Positions 1 through 10,549 of a stretch of DNA of 39,901 bases are shown here, in pieces. Position numbers and translations under genes: made by a program. The DNA lies in assembly GCF_001194135.2 (NCBI RefSeq), contig NC_068984.1, forward strand, positions 36,550,890-36,590,790, in the 5' to 3' direction. The stretch's first letter is position 1, and each line of letters begins with the position of its first letter. The notes below the pieces were generated by a model. That model searched no databases. It was not told the origin of the DNA and worked only from the letters and a program-made list of their open reading frames with translations. Source of the DNA: Octopus bimaculoides. Taxonomy: Eukaryota.

Positions 1-276
1 GGGCCCCACCCATGCTAGGTTCCTTAACTACCCGATCTATGATGTAGCGCATCAGATGGAGGTTGTCATGGATGCTCCTGCCCGGCACGGCGCACGTTTG
101 CGCCTTGCCGATCAGTTTCTCGATGACAAGCGCCAACCGCTTGGCTAACACCTTGGCCAAAATGTTCAGGTCTGCATTGAGCAGAGTGATGGGCCTAAAG
201 TTAACTATGACGTCCCCCTTGTTTGGATCCTTCTTCAACAGCGTTACGGCTCCTCGGCTCACAAAACCGGGAATGC

Positions 277-277
<1 letters not shown>
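1..277 (-). mobile_element. L1/Tx1-clade non-LTR retrotransposon, 5'-truncated RT fragment (continues off the window edge)
   Basis: The minus strand reads an uninterrupted 92-codon frame: [109 protein letters not shown] and QTCAVPGRSIHDN are L1/Tx1 RT motifs. GC content is far above the window background. Confidence 0.9.
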
Positions 278-320
<43 letters not shown>

Positions 321-341
321 CAGACAGATACACAGATACAC

Positions 342-402
<61 letters not shown>
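278..402. repeat. (GATA)n tetranucleotide microsatellite with GACA/GATACACA variants
   Basis: Directly visible tandem TAGA units abutting the 5'-truncation point of the Tx1-like RT. Confidence 0.97.
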
Positions 403-403
<1 letters not shown>

Positions 404-407
404 GTAG

Positions 408-575
408 GTTAATGTGTAAATTGTCACCATTTTATACTTTTTAATTTCGCGCATGCGGCTTCTTCAATTTTGTCTACTGCACAGTATAGTAGGGTCAGTT
501 GGGCAACGTTTGTGAGAAAAATAGCACCAAGACGCAATTCACTCTGCCAGAAATTTGGAAACGGCAATCTGATTT
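408..575 (+). mobile_element. Possible 5' end of a Tc1/mariner-type DNA transposon (relic)
   Basis: From 529 it reads (K)TQFTLPEIWKRQ, which I recall as the start of an octopus Tc1-like transposase. No second TIR or DDE motif is visible, so this rests on recognition only. Confidence 0.3.
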
Positions 576-649
576 CCGCTCCAAAGCAGGTAAAATGTTC
601 TTAGTAGTTTTAAAATATTAAAATTTGTATCCACAATGAATAACTTCAC

Positions 650-1550
650 TGTTTTTTCTGCTATTTAAGTAATTCTAATGTTTTTTTTACAATTACAAAT
701 TTGGTGCTTTCTGAACATTTTTCTGTTTATTCCTAGTATGCTTTCGTTTACAGCTTAAAACATATCTAAATTTTATTGCACAATGTTTCTCTCTTTTTTT
801 ATATCTACAAATTGAATATTCCTTATTCTGTGGTTTTCTTTTCTCACCTGCTTCTTCTAATTAAGATCTCATTTACATTTTTTTATAATTCATTTTATAT
901 TACGTAGTGTTTTATAGTTCCTTTTTCCTTCCTTATTTATAGTTGTTTCTGTTGTTATTTTTGTTACTGTGATATATATTTCTATTTTCATTATTACAGT
1001 TCAAATTTGTTATTTTTCCATTATTATTTCACATTAGAATATATATAAATAACAAATTTCCCATTTGGTATGTAATCCATTACAGTTCAATCTTTATATA
1101 AAATGCCTGAGTCAATAAGTACATAGTCAGCTTCTTTGCAACCTAAAATATTCAATGCTGGGATTAACTGCTGATAATTTAAAGCTCGACATTCCAATTT
1201 GATAAATTCTAATAAACTGCATATCCAAAACAATGGCTCTCCATTCTCTGCGCCACAATATCATTCTTCATTTTTTTAGATAGCTTTGTTTCTCCTTACA
1301 ATCTGTTTTTTCTCACTACCGTACTCTTATTGGTGACCTCAATCACTTATTTATTTCCTTTCTTGATAGTAGATATCTCATTATCACTGTAATCAAATCT
1401 ACTGCAATCCAGAAACTGCTTTTGTTTCATTTGTAATATAGCATATAGATTTAACTAACTTTGGCATCTTGGGTGTCTTTTGAAATGGATTTCCATTTTG
1501 AATAATTGTTTTGCGACATACAATGCTGTTAAGACAAATTTCATTGTTTC
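650..1550 (-). mobile_element. Highly decayed Penelope-like RT relic
   Basis: Broken minus-strand frames give, in the expected order, DNEISTIKKGNK*VIEVTNKSTVVRKNRL*GETKLS (cf. AIK-L--NK-I-I--ADKG--VV--NR--Y--E---QLS), YQMGNLLFIYILM (cf. G-AMG---AP-YANLFM), RNIQFVDIKK (cf. I-FLDI-I) and YVLSCKRKHTRNK (cf. YL-F-S-HP-HTK). Many stops and indels. Confidence 0.4.
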
Positions 1551-2879
1551 TATGACCTCTTTTTAACTATTCTCTTGCACTGAATAGCTTAAATTAAATA
1601 TTAATATTCCATGATTACATCCAATTTGCAAAGTATATGAGGAAAAATGTGGGAAAATTATGGAAATGAATGCATTCCTCGCTAATATCAAACATTCAGT
1701 GAACTCAAATAGAATTCAATGTAATGAATGTCTATGTTCTTACTTCCACAGTTTGCCAACAATGTCAGAGAAAAGTGTAGTAACGCCAAAATTCCTTTTT
1801 TGTATAGCAAAACACGTCAAAACTCTTTGATGAAAAAGGAGAGCTTAAACAGTGTTATAATAAAAAAAAAAGGTTAAATGTGTTTTACTTAAAGTCATAA
1901 ACAAGAAGTTATGTCGGGACGATTTTGGTTAATATTAACTGAAAATATAAATACTAAAGCATATAGCAGAAATAAATACTTACATCACTGCGCAGTGGGA
2001 GGTTGCTTACACTGCGGTTTATTGTTTAAGCATGTTATTCAATATAAACAGCTTATTTAACGAATAGGCTCATATAATTTGAGAAATCGGTGAATGGACA
2101 GCAGGTAATAATAATCCATCTGACAGTATTATGACAACAACGATAAATGTTAGAACATACAAAAAAAACATGCGCATGTAATGGAATGGAATTTTGGGAA
2201 TATCCACTTGTTCATATGCAAAAACTCTAATATGAAAAAAAACTCTAAATGCATATTGAGTTTAACTATTAAATTTTTCAAGTTAATAGACGATAAATTT
2301 CGTCTTACATGACTAAATCAATATTTGTGATTACGCATAGTATATAAAAGAGTATTTAGTTATCTGACTAATTAAACTTTTTATATATCAAACCTCATTC
2401 AGAATAGTTTTACAAAACCTCAATTAATGGCACACAGCAAATGTGACGGGGACAATGGCTAGTTATTCAATGTAGATCGATGCAAAACGAAATGTCAAAG
2501 GTATATAGGTATGTGTGTTTGTATGTGTATGTGTGTGTGTGTCTGTGAATGTGTTTGAGTCTATTTAGGCACATATAGAATCAAACCACGAGAGGAATAC
2601 TAAAGGCTTCTAACCCTGATATTATACAAGAGGGACATAGGCGAATGGCAACGCTCATTGAAGTGGCGTCTCGAAAAAAGGCAAAGAAATGATGATAAAA
2701 CTTTCAGCTGAAAATATTTCTCTTCATGCGAGTGAATTATGACGAATTTGGATTTAAACAAGATAACAGTGTTACTGACACTGCAATCTCTTGTGAAAGT
2801 CTCTCGCCCAGTAAGTGTTCTCTGAGCCGGTAGCTGATATACGGCACAGCATATTAGGTACAGCGTCATATAGATATTT

Positions 2880-5870
2880 TAGAACAAAATGGTAAAACTT
2901 TAAGGAAATGTCGATTAAGAAATGAACCAAAACCAAGGAAAGCAATATTCCGCAGAAATCTGTGCAAATGAAATATGGGAGGTTTATATTCAGTGAAGAA
3001 TGGCTAGGAGGAATGAATGTAAACTATTACATTGTGTTTGGAATTGAAGAAATTCAAAGAAATATCAAACAAAATGTGCGACCATAAGCGCGTAAGACAT
3101 TCGTAACCAACCAGGAGAATAAGAGGAAAATACAAAAGCAAGAAGAAGCGTACTTGAAGGAAAATGTATCTGATGTGAAAATGGCCTTGATGTAGAACAA
3201 CTGAAATTATTGAACAACTGTGGAATAAGCAAAAAAATAAATAAATAAATAAAACCACTTCAGGCCCTAGAATCAGTGAAACTGAGTGAAGCGGACAGAG
3301 CCAATTTGAAGAGAATTCATCACGTAAAGTGTTTCTGATGAGATTATCTGCAAAAGAAACCAGCACATTGATATTGATATAAATTTTGGCACAAGACTAA
3401 CAAGCCGGTGTAGGATGTAAATCGATTACATCGGCCACACTGTTCAGCTGGTACTTATTTTATCGACCTCGAAAATATGAAAGGCAAAGTCGACCTCGTC
3501 GGAATTTCAACTCAGAAGGTGAAAACGGACGAAATTCCGCTTAGCGCTTTGCCCGCCGTGCTAACGTTTCTTCCAGCTTGCCGCCTTAACCAGCATTTTG
3601 CTATTGATAGGTGCCATTACAGGTTTCAGGATTGTTATAAGGAAAAATGAACAAAAGAAGGATCATCAAGTACCCTGGTGGTAAAAATGGATATTAATGA
3701 AGGTTAAGGACTTTATGAAGAATATCATAAGATTAATTATAGAAACCAGAAGAAAAACAAATATATTAGAGGAAATTATCAAGTAGAGAAAACAAATGGG
3801 CTTGAGCAACGAGTGAAAAATTAAATCAGAGATTAAATAGAAAAGCTTTTTCAATTAAACTATAAACATCTATTTGGCATTATTGAAGGAAAAGAGGGAA
3901 AGGAGTGGTTTGAATTCCGAAGACAAGCTGTTTAGGGTGCAATTTGGAGATAATGTCAAACCCAAATATTTAGTCGAAGAAAGATGTTATCTCCTGAAAA
4001 CAAATATTTGAAAATAATTTTAAAAGATAGGAAACAACAAAGCAATTTGTACAGATTATAGAAACTTAGAGAATAGATTATCGAATTAAGAAACCATATT
4101 AACATCTTGGACCGTGGAAGAAGAGGGGTACATAAAAAAGTTGCATAAATAAACAACATGGTCCAAAACTCTCGCACCAAAATATTTGTCATTTTATGAT
4201 AGCAGGTTGGAATGTGCTGTGTCAGAGCACTGTGCAAAATTAACACAGTAGATAATTATAGACATATCTTTCCTCTCACTAATGCGGAAGCTTATGATTT
4301 AATCATTTCTCAGACCATGTATATGTTCCTTGAGAAGAAGGAAATTCTACCAGAAGAGCAGAAAGGATATATTAAGTACAGCATGTACACAAAATAATCA
4401 ACTGGTCTATAATACAATCCTGGCGAATTGTAAAAAGAGACTCGAGAATTTAGCTATTGCATTTGTGGACTATAAGAAGGCATAGGACATGGTTCACCAA
4501 AGCTCTTGCCTGAACTGTACTCAAGTGATGAGCGATGTATTAAGATTTACAGAAAGATTAACGGCCAGTTATTAAACGAAAGTAATTTCCTACGGGGTAT
4601 ATTTGAGGGAAATATCTATCTCCATTCTTATTTGTCATTTGCACGACCTTTCTGACCCAAGTCAGATTGTATTAAGATCAACCATTTGTTACCCAGAAAC
4701 GTAGGAAACTTACAACGAATAGAGGGATTGAGCTTGCGAATTGGCCAGATTATTAATGAAGTTAGCGGGAAGGATATAAGTATTTAGGAGTCTTCGGTTT
4801 GAATACGATCAAAGAAAAAGAAATGAAGGAGATGCTGAAAAGAGAATATCGCAAGCAGATGGGACTTGTAATGTCGTCAAAATAGAATAGAAGGAATAAG
4901 ATCAAGGAAACGAATACGTGGGCATGAGTTATTAAATGCAGTAAGATGAATTAGAATACATTGATAAGAAATCTCGGAAATTGATGACAACGCATAAAGA
5001 ACGCTAACCAAGTAGTGATGTTGCAAGTCTTGATGTTTAAAGAAACAAAGGAAGTAGAAGAGTAAGATATGAAAGTTGTGTCAAAAGCAAAGTAAACAAT
5101 CTAGCCTGGTACCTTAGATTTGTGAAGGTTAACACCATGTCAAATATGAGAGACCTCGACACTGAAATCTACTCATGCCGTAACACTGAATGAAGGTAAG
5201 AAGAGAGTGAAAAAAATCTTGAGAAGGAACGGAAACATATGCACGAGCAGTACACTAGAAATAAAGTAGACACAAACTGGGATAAGAGATGGCCGTGGCT
5301 TAGAAATGGCAATCTGAAGGGAAGCACTGACGCTCTGATTTGCGACTTCCAGGAGCAGGCTCTCCGAACTACCTACATTAAGCATCAAATTGACAAAATG
5401 AAAGAATCCCCATTATGCAGAATGTGTGGAACAAATGGAGAGACGTTCCGTCATGTTGTAAGCGAATGCGCTGCGTTGGTATAGCTACAGAAAAAAGGTG
5501 ACATGTTACATTTGGAAGGCGTATGCACTGGATGATATCTGAGAAATATGTTTGTAAGAGCAGCTAAATGGTATGAACAGAAAACAAGATATGATGTGAG
5601 AGAATGATGAATTTAAGCTTTTGTGGGACTTCACTATTTGACGTGATAAAATGATTGAAGCGCAAAGGCTAGACACTGCAGTTGTCAACGAGCAAGTCCC
5701 TCGTTATTGATATCTGTATTGCAGGATATAACAGAGCGAACGATAAGCGGCATGAAAAGACGGAGAAGTATGAAGGAGGAGACTGGAAAGTTGTGGTGGG
5801 TGAAGGCGATTTTAGCTATTCCAGTGTTGATCGGAGCATTGGGGTGCATATTAGACAGAAAACGAAATCA
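2880..5870 (+). mobile_element. R4/Dong-clade RLE non-LTR retrotransposon, old degenerate near-full-length copy (copy A)
   Basis: Ordered relics: N-terminal KKDHQVPWW; RT DNYRHI...ILPEEQKG...LAIAFVDYKKA*DMV...RGIFEG...KINHL...YKYLGV; post-RT WPWLRNGNLKGSTDALICDFQEQALRT; zinc knuckle CRMC..ETFRHVVSEC; RLE KLLWDFTI..DKMIEAQRLD..VIDI..EKTEKY..IPVLIGALG. Numerous stops, frameshifts and deletions. The left boundary is approximate. Confidence 0.85.
3380..3587 (-). mobile_element. tRNA-derived SINE (family 1) inserted in copy A, with a degenerate 22-bp TSD
   Basis: The reverse complement matches the 33661 SINE (aaggcggcaagctgg..., gaggtcgactttgcctttcat core, aagtaccag). Flanks are aaccagcacattgatattgata (3358-3379) and aaccagcattttgctattgata (3588-3609), 19/22 identical. 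Confidence 0.9.
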
Positions 5871-5873
5871 GAA

Positions 5874-5885
5874 TTGATAATAATG

Positions 5886-5949
<64 letters not shown>

Positions 5950-5968
5950 CAACAACAACAAAAACAAC

Positions 5969-6060
<92 letters not shown>

Positions 6061-6061
6061 C

Positions 6062-6109
<48 letters not shown>

Positions 6110-6152
6110 TGTGATGAAGATAATAATAATGATGATGATGATGATGATGATA

Positions 6153-6188
<36 letters not shown>

Positions 6189-6190
6189 TT
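5874..6190. repeat. Compound (AAT)n/(AAC)n/(GAT)n microsatellite
   Basis: Directly visible. It accounts for the poly-I/poly-M/poly-L ORFs in the track. Confidence 0.98.
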
Positions 6191-6192
6191 AA

Positions 6193-6418
6193 TATGCCCA
6201 TATCCTACGTAAAATAATGTCTATGTAATCTCAAATTTTAAAACAAACTCATAATTTTCTTATGTTTTCTTAAACATTCTCTAGAGCAATACTATGTACA
6301 AAACCAAATATATGACATCCTAGTCATAACACCAACATGAACTGCTAACTTGTTGTCTCTTGAGGTCTCTTGGTGAGACATGGAACTAACTTGTACAAAT
6401 ACAAATCAAAAGTCAAAC

Positions 6419-6420
<2 letters not shown>
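6193..6420 (+). mobile_element. R4/Dong-type 3' end (copy B): last 10 codons plus 3' UTR, ending in (AAT)n
   Basis: 6196-6228 reads AHILRKIMSM*, matching the conserved R4-clade C-terminus (LLGTAHILRK..). The last 86 bp are 78/86 identical to the end of copy C. Confidence 0.85.

Positions 6421-6486
<66 letters not shown>
6421..6486. repeat. (AAT)n tract between copies B and C
   Basis: Directly visible. Confidence 0.98.
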
Positions 6487-7006
6487 GTTCACTGGGTAAT
6501 ATGCAAAAACCAGGACTTGCCCCATGATAAAAACTGGTGGGAACACAAACCACCCCCAGTACTTGNNNNNNNNNNNNNNNNNNNNNNNNNNNNNNNNNNN
6601 NNNNNNNNNNNNNNNNNNNNNNNNNNNNNNNNNNNNNNNNNNNNNNNNNNNNNNNNNNNNNNNNNNNNNNNNNNNNNNNNNNNNNNNNNNNNNNNNNNNN
6701 NNNNNNNNNNNNNNNNNNNNNNNNNNNNNNNNNNNNNNNNNNNNNNNNNNNNNNNNNNNNNNNNNNNNNNNNNNNNNNNNNNNNNNNNNNNNNNNNNNNN
6801 NNNNNNNNNNNNNNNNNNNNNNNNNNNNNNNNNNNNNNNNNNNNNNNNNNNNNNNNNNNNNNNNNNNNNNNNNNNNNNNNNNNNNNNNNNNNNNNNNNNN
6901 NNNNNNNNNNNNNNNNACCTACATGAACTTCTAACTTGTTGTCTCTTGAGGTCACTGGGTGAGACTTGGATCCAACTTGTACAAATGCAAAACAAAAGTC
7001 AAACAT
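6487..7006 (+). mobile_element. R4/Dong-type 5'-truncated copy (copy C), interior hidden by an N-gap
   Basis: Starts VHWVICKNQDLPHDKNWWEHKPPPVL, the HW-IC...W+EH-P motif preceding the RLE. It ends with the same 3' UTR as copy B (6921-7006), followed by (AAT)n. Confidence 0.85.
6566..6916. other. Assembly gap (N run); further gaps at 10831-10840, 15949-16517, 20554-20778, 25192-26054, 27531-28142 and 31578-31830
   Basis: Runs of n, several flanked by (TA)n, typical of a short-read scaffold. Confidence 0.99.
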
Positions 7007-7008
7007 AA

Positions 7009-7101
<93 letters not shown>
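7007..7101. repeat. (AAT)n immediately followed by (TTA)n, forming a spacer-less inverted repeat centred at 7070/7071
   Basis: ...ataataataa|ttattattat...; the arms pair for 31 bp (7040-7070 with 7071-7101). Confidence 0.95.
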
Positions 7102-7102
<1 letters not shown>

Positions 7103-7659
7103 AAATGCCCGGATGTAGTACCAGGCAGTGGCTCTCATGTTTTCTGATCTTAATTGATTGGAAGTGTTATCATGTACATTGTTTGCCTTGGTGTAAAAGA
7201 TGGGCTACAGCAAATATTGTGCTCAATACCACAGATTTACCTGTCAGTTGTTTGACCTTAACCAGCTGAGCATGTCCCTTGGTGGCTGACGATATGTGCA
7301 TCTCTGATCATGAGCAGAAGTTATGGGGGAGCATCATAGCCATGTGCTGAGAAGAATTCTCTGAGGTTTGAATAATTCACCTTTGGAAACATGGGTGTTT
7401 TTCTCAACGTCCTTAAACAAACCTTATTCAGGGACCTTTTGAGCAGGATGGGCTACTCGACCTGAAGAAAATTCTAGCTGGGCCCCACCTGCGAGGTCAT
7501 GCGCTGTTTATCTTGATATGAGATCACCATGTCGCGCACATATCATTGTGATGTATCTGCCTGGTGTATCCTTATCAGACGGGTAGTCATGATAGGTATA
7601 CTGGGCTTCGTATATTTTACCCCAGTGTCACTTCGATGGCATGCACTGCTCTCTCACTC
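7102..7659 (+). mobile_element. ~558 bp non-coding interspersed unit (D) bounded by AAT-type microsatellites; probable non-autonomous element or long 3' UTR of an R4/Dong family
   Basis: Complex, GC-richer block from aaatgcccggatgtagtaccaggcagtgg to gcactgctctctcactc, followed directly by (AAT)n. No RT or RLE motif in any frame I read and no clear pol III A/B box. I recall it as an abundant octopus repeat (unverified). Orientation is inferred from the downstream (AAT)n. Confidence 0.6.
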
Positions 7660-7697
<38 letters not shown>

Positions 7698-7700
7698 TAA
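7660..7700. repeat. (AAT)n tract between unit D and copy E
   Basis: Directly visible. Confidence 0.97.
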
Positions 7701-8624
7701 TAAGAGACAATGCCTGAATGGCTCACGAAAGGGAAAAAACATCTTAATCCCAAATCCACGGAAACAGAGAAACCACAAAACTACAAACGTATAACCTGTC
7801 TTCCTACAATCACCAAAGCCTTTACTGCAACAATATCGCAGAGATTGAGTAAGCACCTGGAAAATAACAACCTGTTTCCAGAAGAGCAGAAGGGATGCTG
7901 CAAGGGCTCATACGGCTGTAAAGATCAATTAATGATCAATAAAGCCATAACTGAAGACAGTCGCAGAAAGAAGAAAGGCCTCTGTATGGCCTGGATCGAC
8001 TACCGAAAGGCTTTCGACAGTGTTCCCCACACGTGGATCATCGAAACACTAGCCATAAACAAGGTGGCACCAATCATTATAAAATACATAAGGCACTCTA
8101 TGAATAAATGACAGACAGTGCTACAACTCCAAACAAAAGAGGGACTCGTGAAAACAAAAGCCATCCCCATTAGAAGAGGAATATTCCAGGGAGACACGCT
8201 CTCTCCACTCCTGTTCTGCCTGGCACTCACACCTTTAACTGAATTGCTAAATAGAACTGGATGCGGATACAAATGTTACGGCAAAACAGTCAGCCACCTT
8301 TTATATATGGATGACCTAAAATTATACGCTAGAAACGATAAAGTGCTGGAAACACTACTACAGACTGTACATGGATTTACCAAGGAAATAGATATGAAAT
8401 TCGGATTAGAAAAATGTGCCAAAGCAACCCTGAAAAGAGGAAAACTAGTTAAGAGTAGCAACATCACACTAGATAAAGCCAATGAAATAAGATAACTAGA
8501 CGAAAGCTAGCCTTACAAATATTTAGGAGTCAATGAACTAGATAGGATACAACACACACAAATGAAAGAAAAAATAAAGAAAGAGTACTATAGACGAGTT
8601 AGATCAATACTTAAAACATAGCTT
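7701..8624 (+). mobile_element. R4/Dong-clade RT core, young pseudogenised fragment (copy E)
   Basis: One frame from 7710: PEWLTKG..PQNYKRITCLPT..FPEEQKGC..GCKDQL..AWIDYRKAFDSVPH..RRGIFQGDTLSPLLFCLAL..SHLLYMDDLKLYA..MKFGLEKCA..YKYLGV..KKEYYRRVRSILKT*L. In-frame stops at 8109-8111, 8493-8495, 8508-8510 and 8619-8621; no frameshift. Confidence 0.95.
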
Positions 8625-8899
8625 CTGTGTGCGAAGGATGAGAACTTTGCTGATTAATATTAAGATAGCGCAACCAAATACATAAACCACAGTGGCAAGT
8701 TACAGCTAGAGAAATGCACAACTAGATCATTACATTGAATTAGACATCTAGCTTGCGAGGAAGTGTTGCGTCGTGTATTTAACTATTCTGTCGCTGAAAG
8801 TATAAACTAGATGAAGCGTATTCCAAGAACAGATAAAATAGTATATCTTTAATCACCCATCACAGAGACATTCATACACCAACGCAAACTCAAAAATTA

Positions 8900-10260
8900 A
8901 TATCTGAAAGACAGCAATGAATCTGAGAGGATTTAGCATTATTACTATAATAAAAACAAAGACAAATCCACTCAAGAGATCAGGCGCATAATACTTGGTG
9001 AAAGAAATATAGCGCGTATAGAGGTAACAGCAGAGACGCTGGAAAATACGAAGAAGGTAGTAAGCAAATTTCAGAATCACTGAAACTGAACGTGGTAACA
9101 TAAAAGAAAACATCAGACTCAGCAAATTTAGCGCAATTACAGAGGATCTTTGTACCACCAGACAAAACATGACTAACATGGCCTACCAAGACCATAAGTC
9201 AAGGTAAAAGGATATTACCAGCAGTCAAAATGGAAACGATTTGATCAATCAAAACATTGACTGAAGAAAAGGAAATGATATAGTCCAAATGTCTATAGAA
9301 ACATCCACAATCCAAGTGTTTAAACATAGACAAAACACTGAGCATGGCAAGGAGACCTAAAAGACATGACAGTAAACATTATCTAAAATGACAAACCAGC
9401 ACCTTCCATTTCCTAAAATTAAGAACCAATCGAAGGCAAGGAAGCTACCAAATTTCCTAATCTAGCCAAACCCACGATCACAAATCCAGAGAAAAGACTT
9501 GGATATAACAGATATCAATCAACTTTTATATGCTACAGCATCAGTAACTGCAGAGATAATTGGTGAAACATTCAAACCAAGTACCAAAGAAAACAGAAAC
9601 AGCCAAAACAGAAAGATTAAATCAGGAAAGCGATTAAAATATTATCTGGAGACTTGGTGAAATTAAATAAAAAAGACAAATATCCTAAGTATGGGGAAAG
9701 AACTAAAGTAAAACAGATCATCGGAAAGATGACTATTATATCATCATCAAAAGAAACGCTTATACAAAGTAATGCAAGCAAGTGCACTAAAATTTGAGGG
9801 GTAAGAAACAAGAAACGACTTCTTCAGGCGGAATAAGGCCTTCACAGAAGAAACAGAGTAACTCTATAAAAGATATGGTGGACAAAAAGAAAATAGGTAT
9901 TGACTAAAGTTGAAATTTTCTGAAGTAAACATTTTGAAAAATAACAAACAAAATAGTAAGTCCTTCGTTTCAAACCCAACAGGATCAAAGTAAAAACATA
10001 GCAAGGAATTCGTCAAATATCAGCAGCGAGATTACATCTTATGTTAGCAAGAAAAAGGAATTTGTCAAATAAAAACATCGAGATTACATCATAAGTTGTG
10101 AAGGAAAAAAACAGCAAGTGGAAGTCAAATTTCAGGATAATAAATCTCCCTAATATTCTCCGTACAACCATAAAGTATATAATCCAGATAATGGGCTGGT
10201 TTGGCAAACACAAAGCGTAAATTACACACTTCCTAAGCAGAAGACACAGATGCCTCACGA
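8900..10260 (+). mobile_element. R4/Dong-clade ORF N-terminal region, old degenerate copy (copy F)
   Basis: Relics HYYYNKNKDKSTQEIRRII.., LDITDINQLLYATASVTAEIIG (cf. LT-INQL-YAAA-V), NDFFRRNKAFTEE..LYK (cf. FFRQN-LF-----FY), TKVEIF*S (cf. EVE-FWS) and NSKWKS (cf. NWKSPG), in R4 order. It stops just before the RT. Confidence 0.65.
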
Positions 10261-10549
10261 ATTCCCCAGTTTCTGCAGCACTGGTTATTTGGCCAGTACG
10301 TACAATAGGAATTTATTTTGTTAATTTATATTTTCTAAAGTATATCATGTGGGGCAAGGAACAAAAGAAAAATTACTCTCTGCTACAGTTCTGGCCGGCT
10401 TAACATCAAGATAAAATAATAAATTTAGTAAATGATGCTTTTCTGAAATGAAAACAAAACACAAAATTACGAAGCTCCGAAAAGATTTTCAACAATAGCA
10501 ATCAGCAACAACAAGATGAAAGGGCAACATCATCAGTAATAATAATAAT

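Noticed and set aside
1740-1860. Acceptor-like ttcttacttccacag followed by a short open frame (similar candidates near 14170 and 39625-39726)
   Set aside because: No recognisable protein, no consistent neighbouring exons, and such signals are common in AT-rich DNA. RNA-seq would be needed.
2427-2490. Kunitz-like C-x12-C-x3-C spacing (HSKCDGDNG*LFNVDRCKTKCQ) followed by a GT donor-like site
   Set aside because: In-frame stop, the conserved N-x-F is out of register, and the upstream cysteines are absent; probably chance.
3334-3360. CTGATGA...GAAAC as a hammerhead (also CTGACGA at ~7287 and ~24294)
   Set aside because: No valid stem II or stem I pairing around the cores.
5682-7147. Long ORFs with poly-I, poly-L, poly-N, poly-Y or X runs
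   Set aside because: Translations of (AAT)n/(GAT)n tracts and N-gaps. Only short embedded R4 peptides are meaningful.
5874-7700. Repeat-spacer alternation as a CRISPR-like array
   Set aside because: The repeats are simple (AAT)n of variable length, the spacers are retrotransposon fragments of very different sizes, and the context is eukaryotic with no cas genes.
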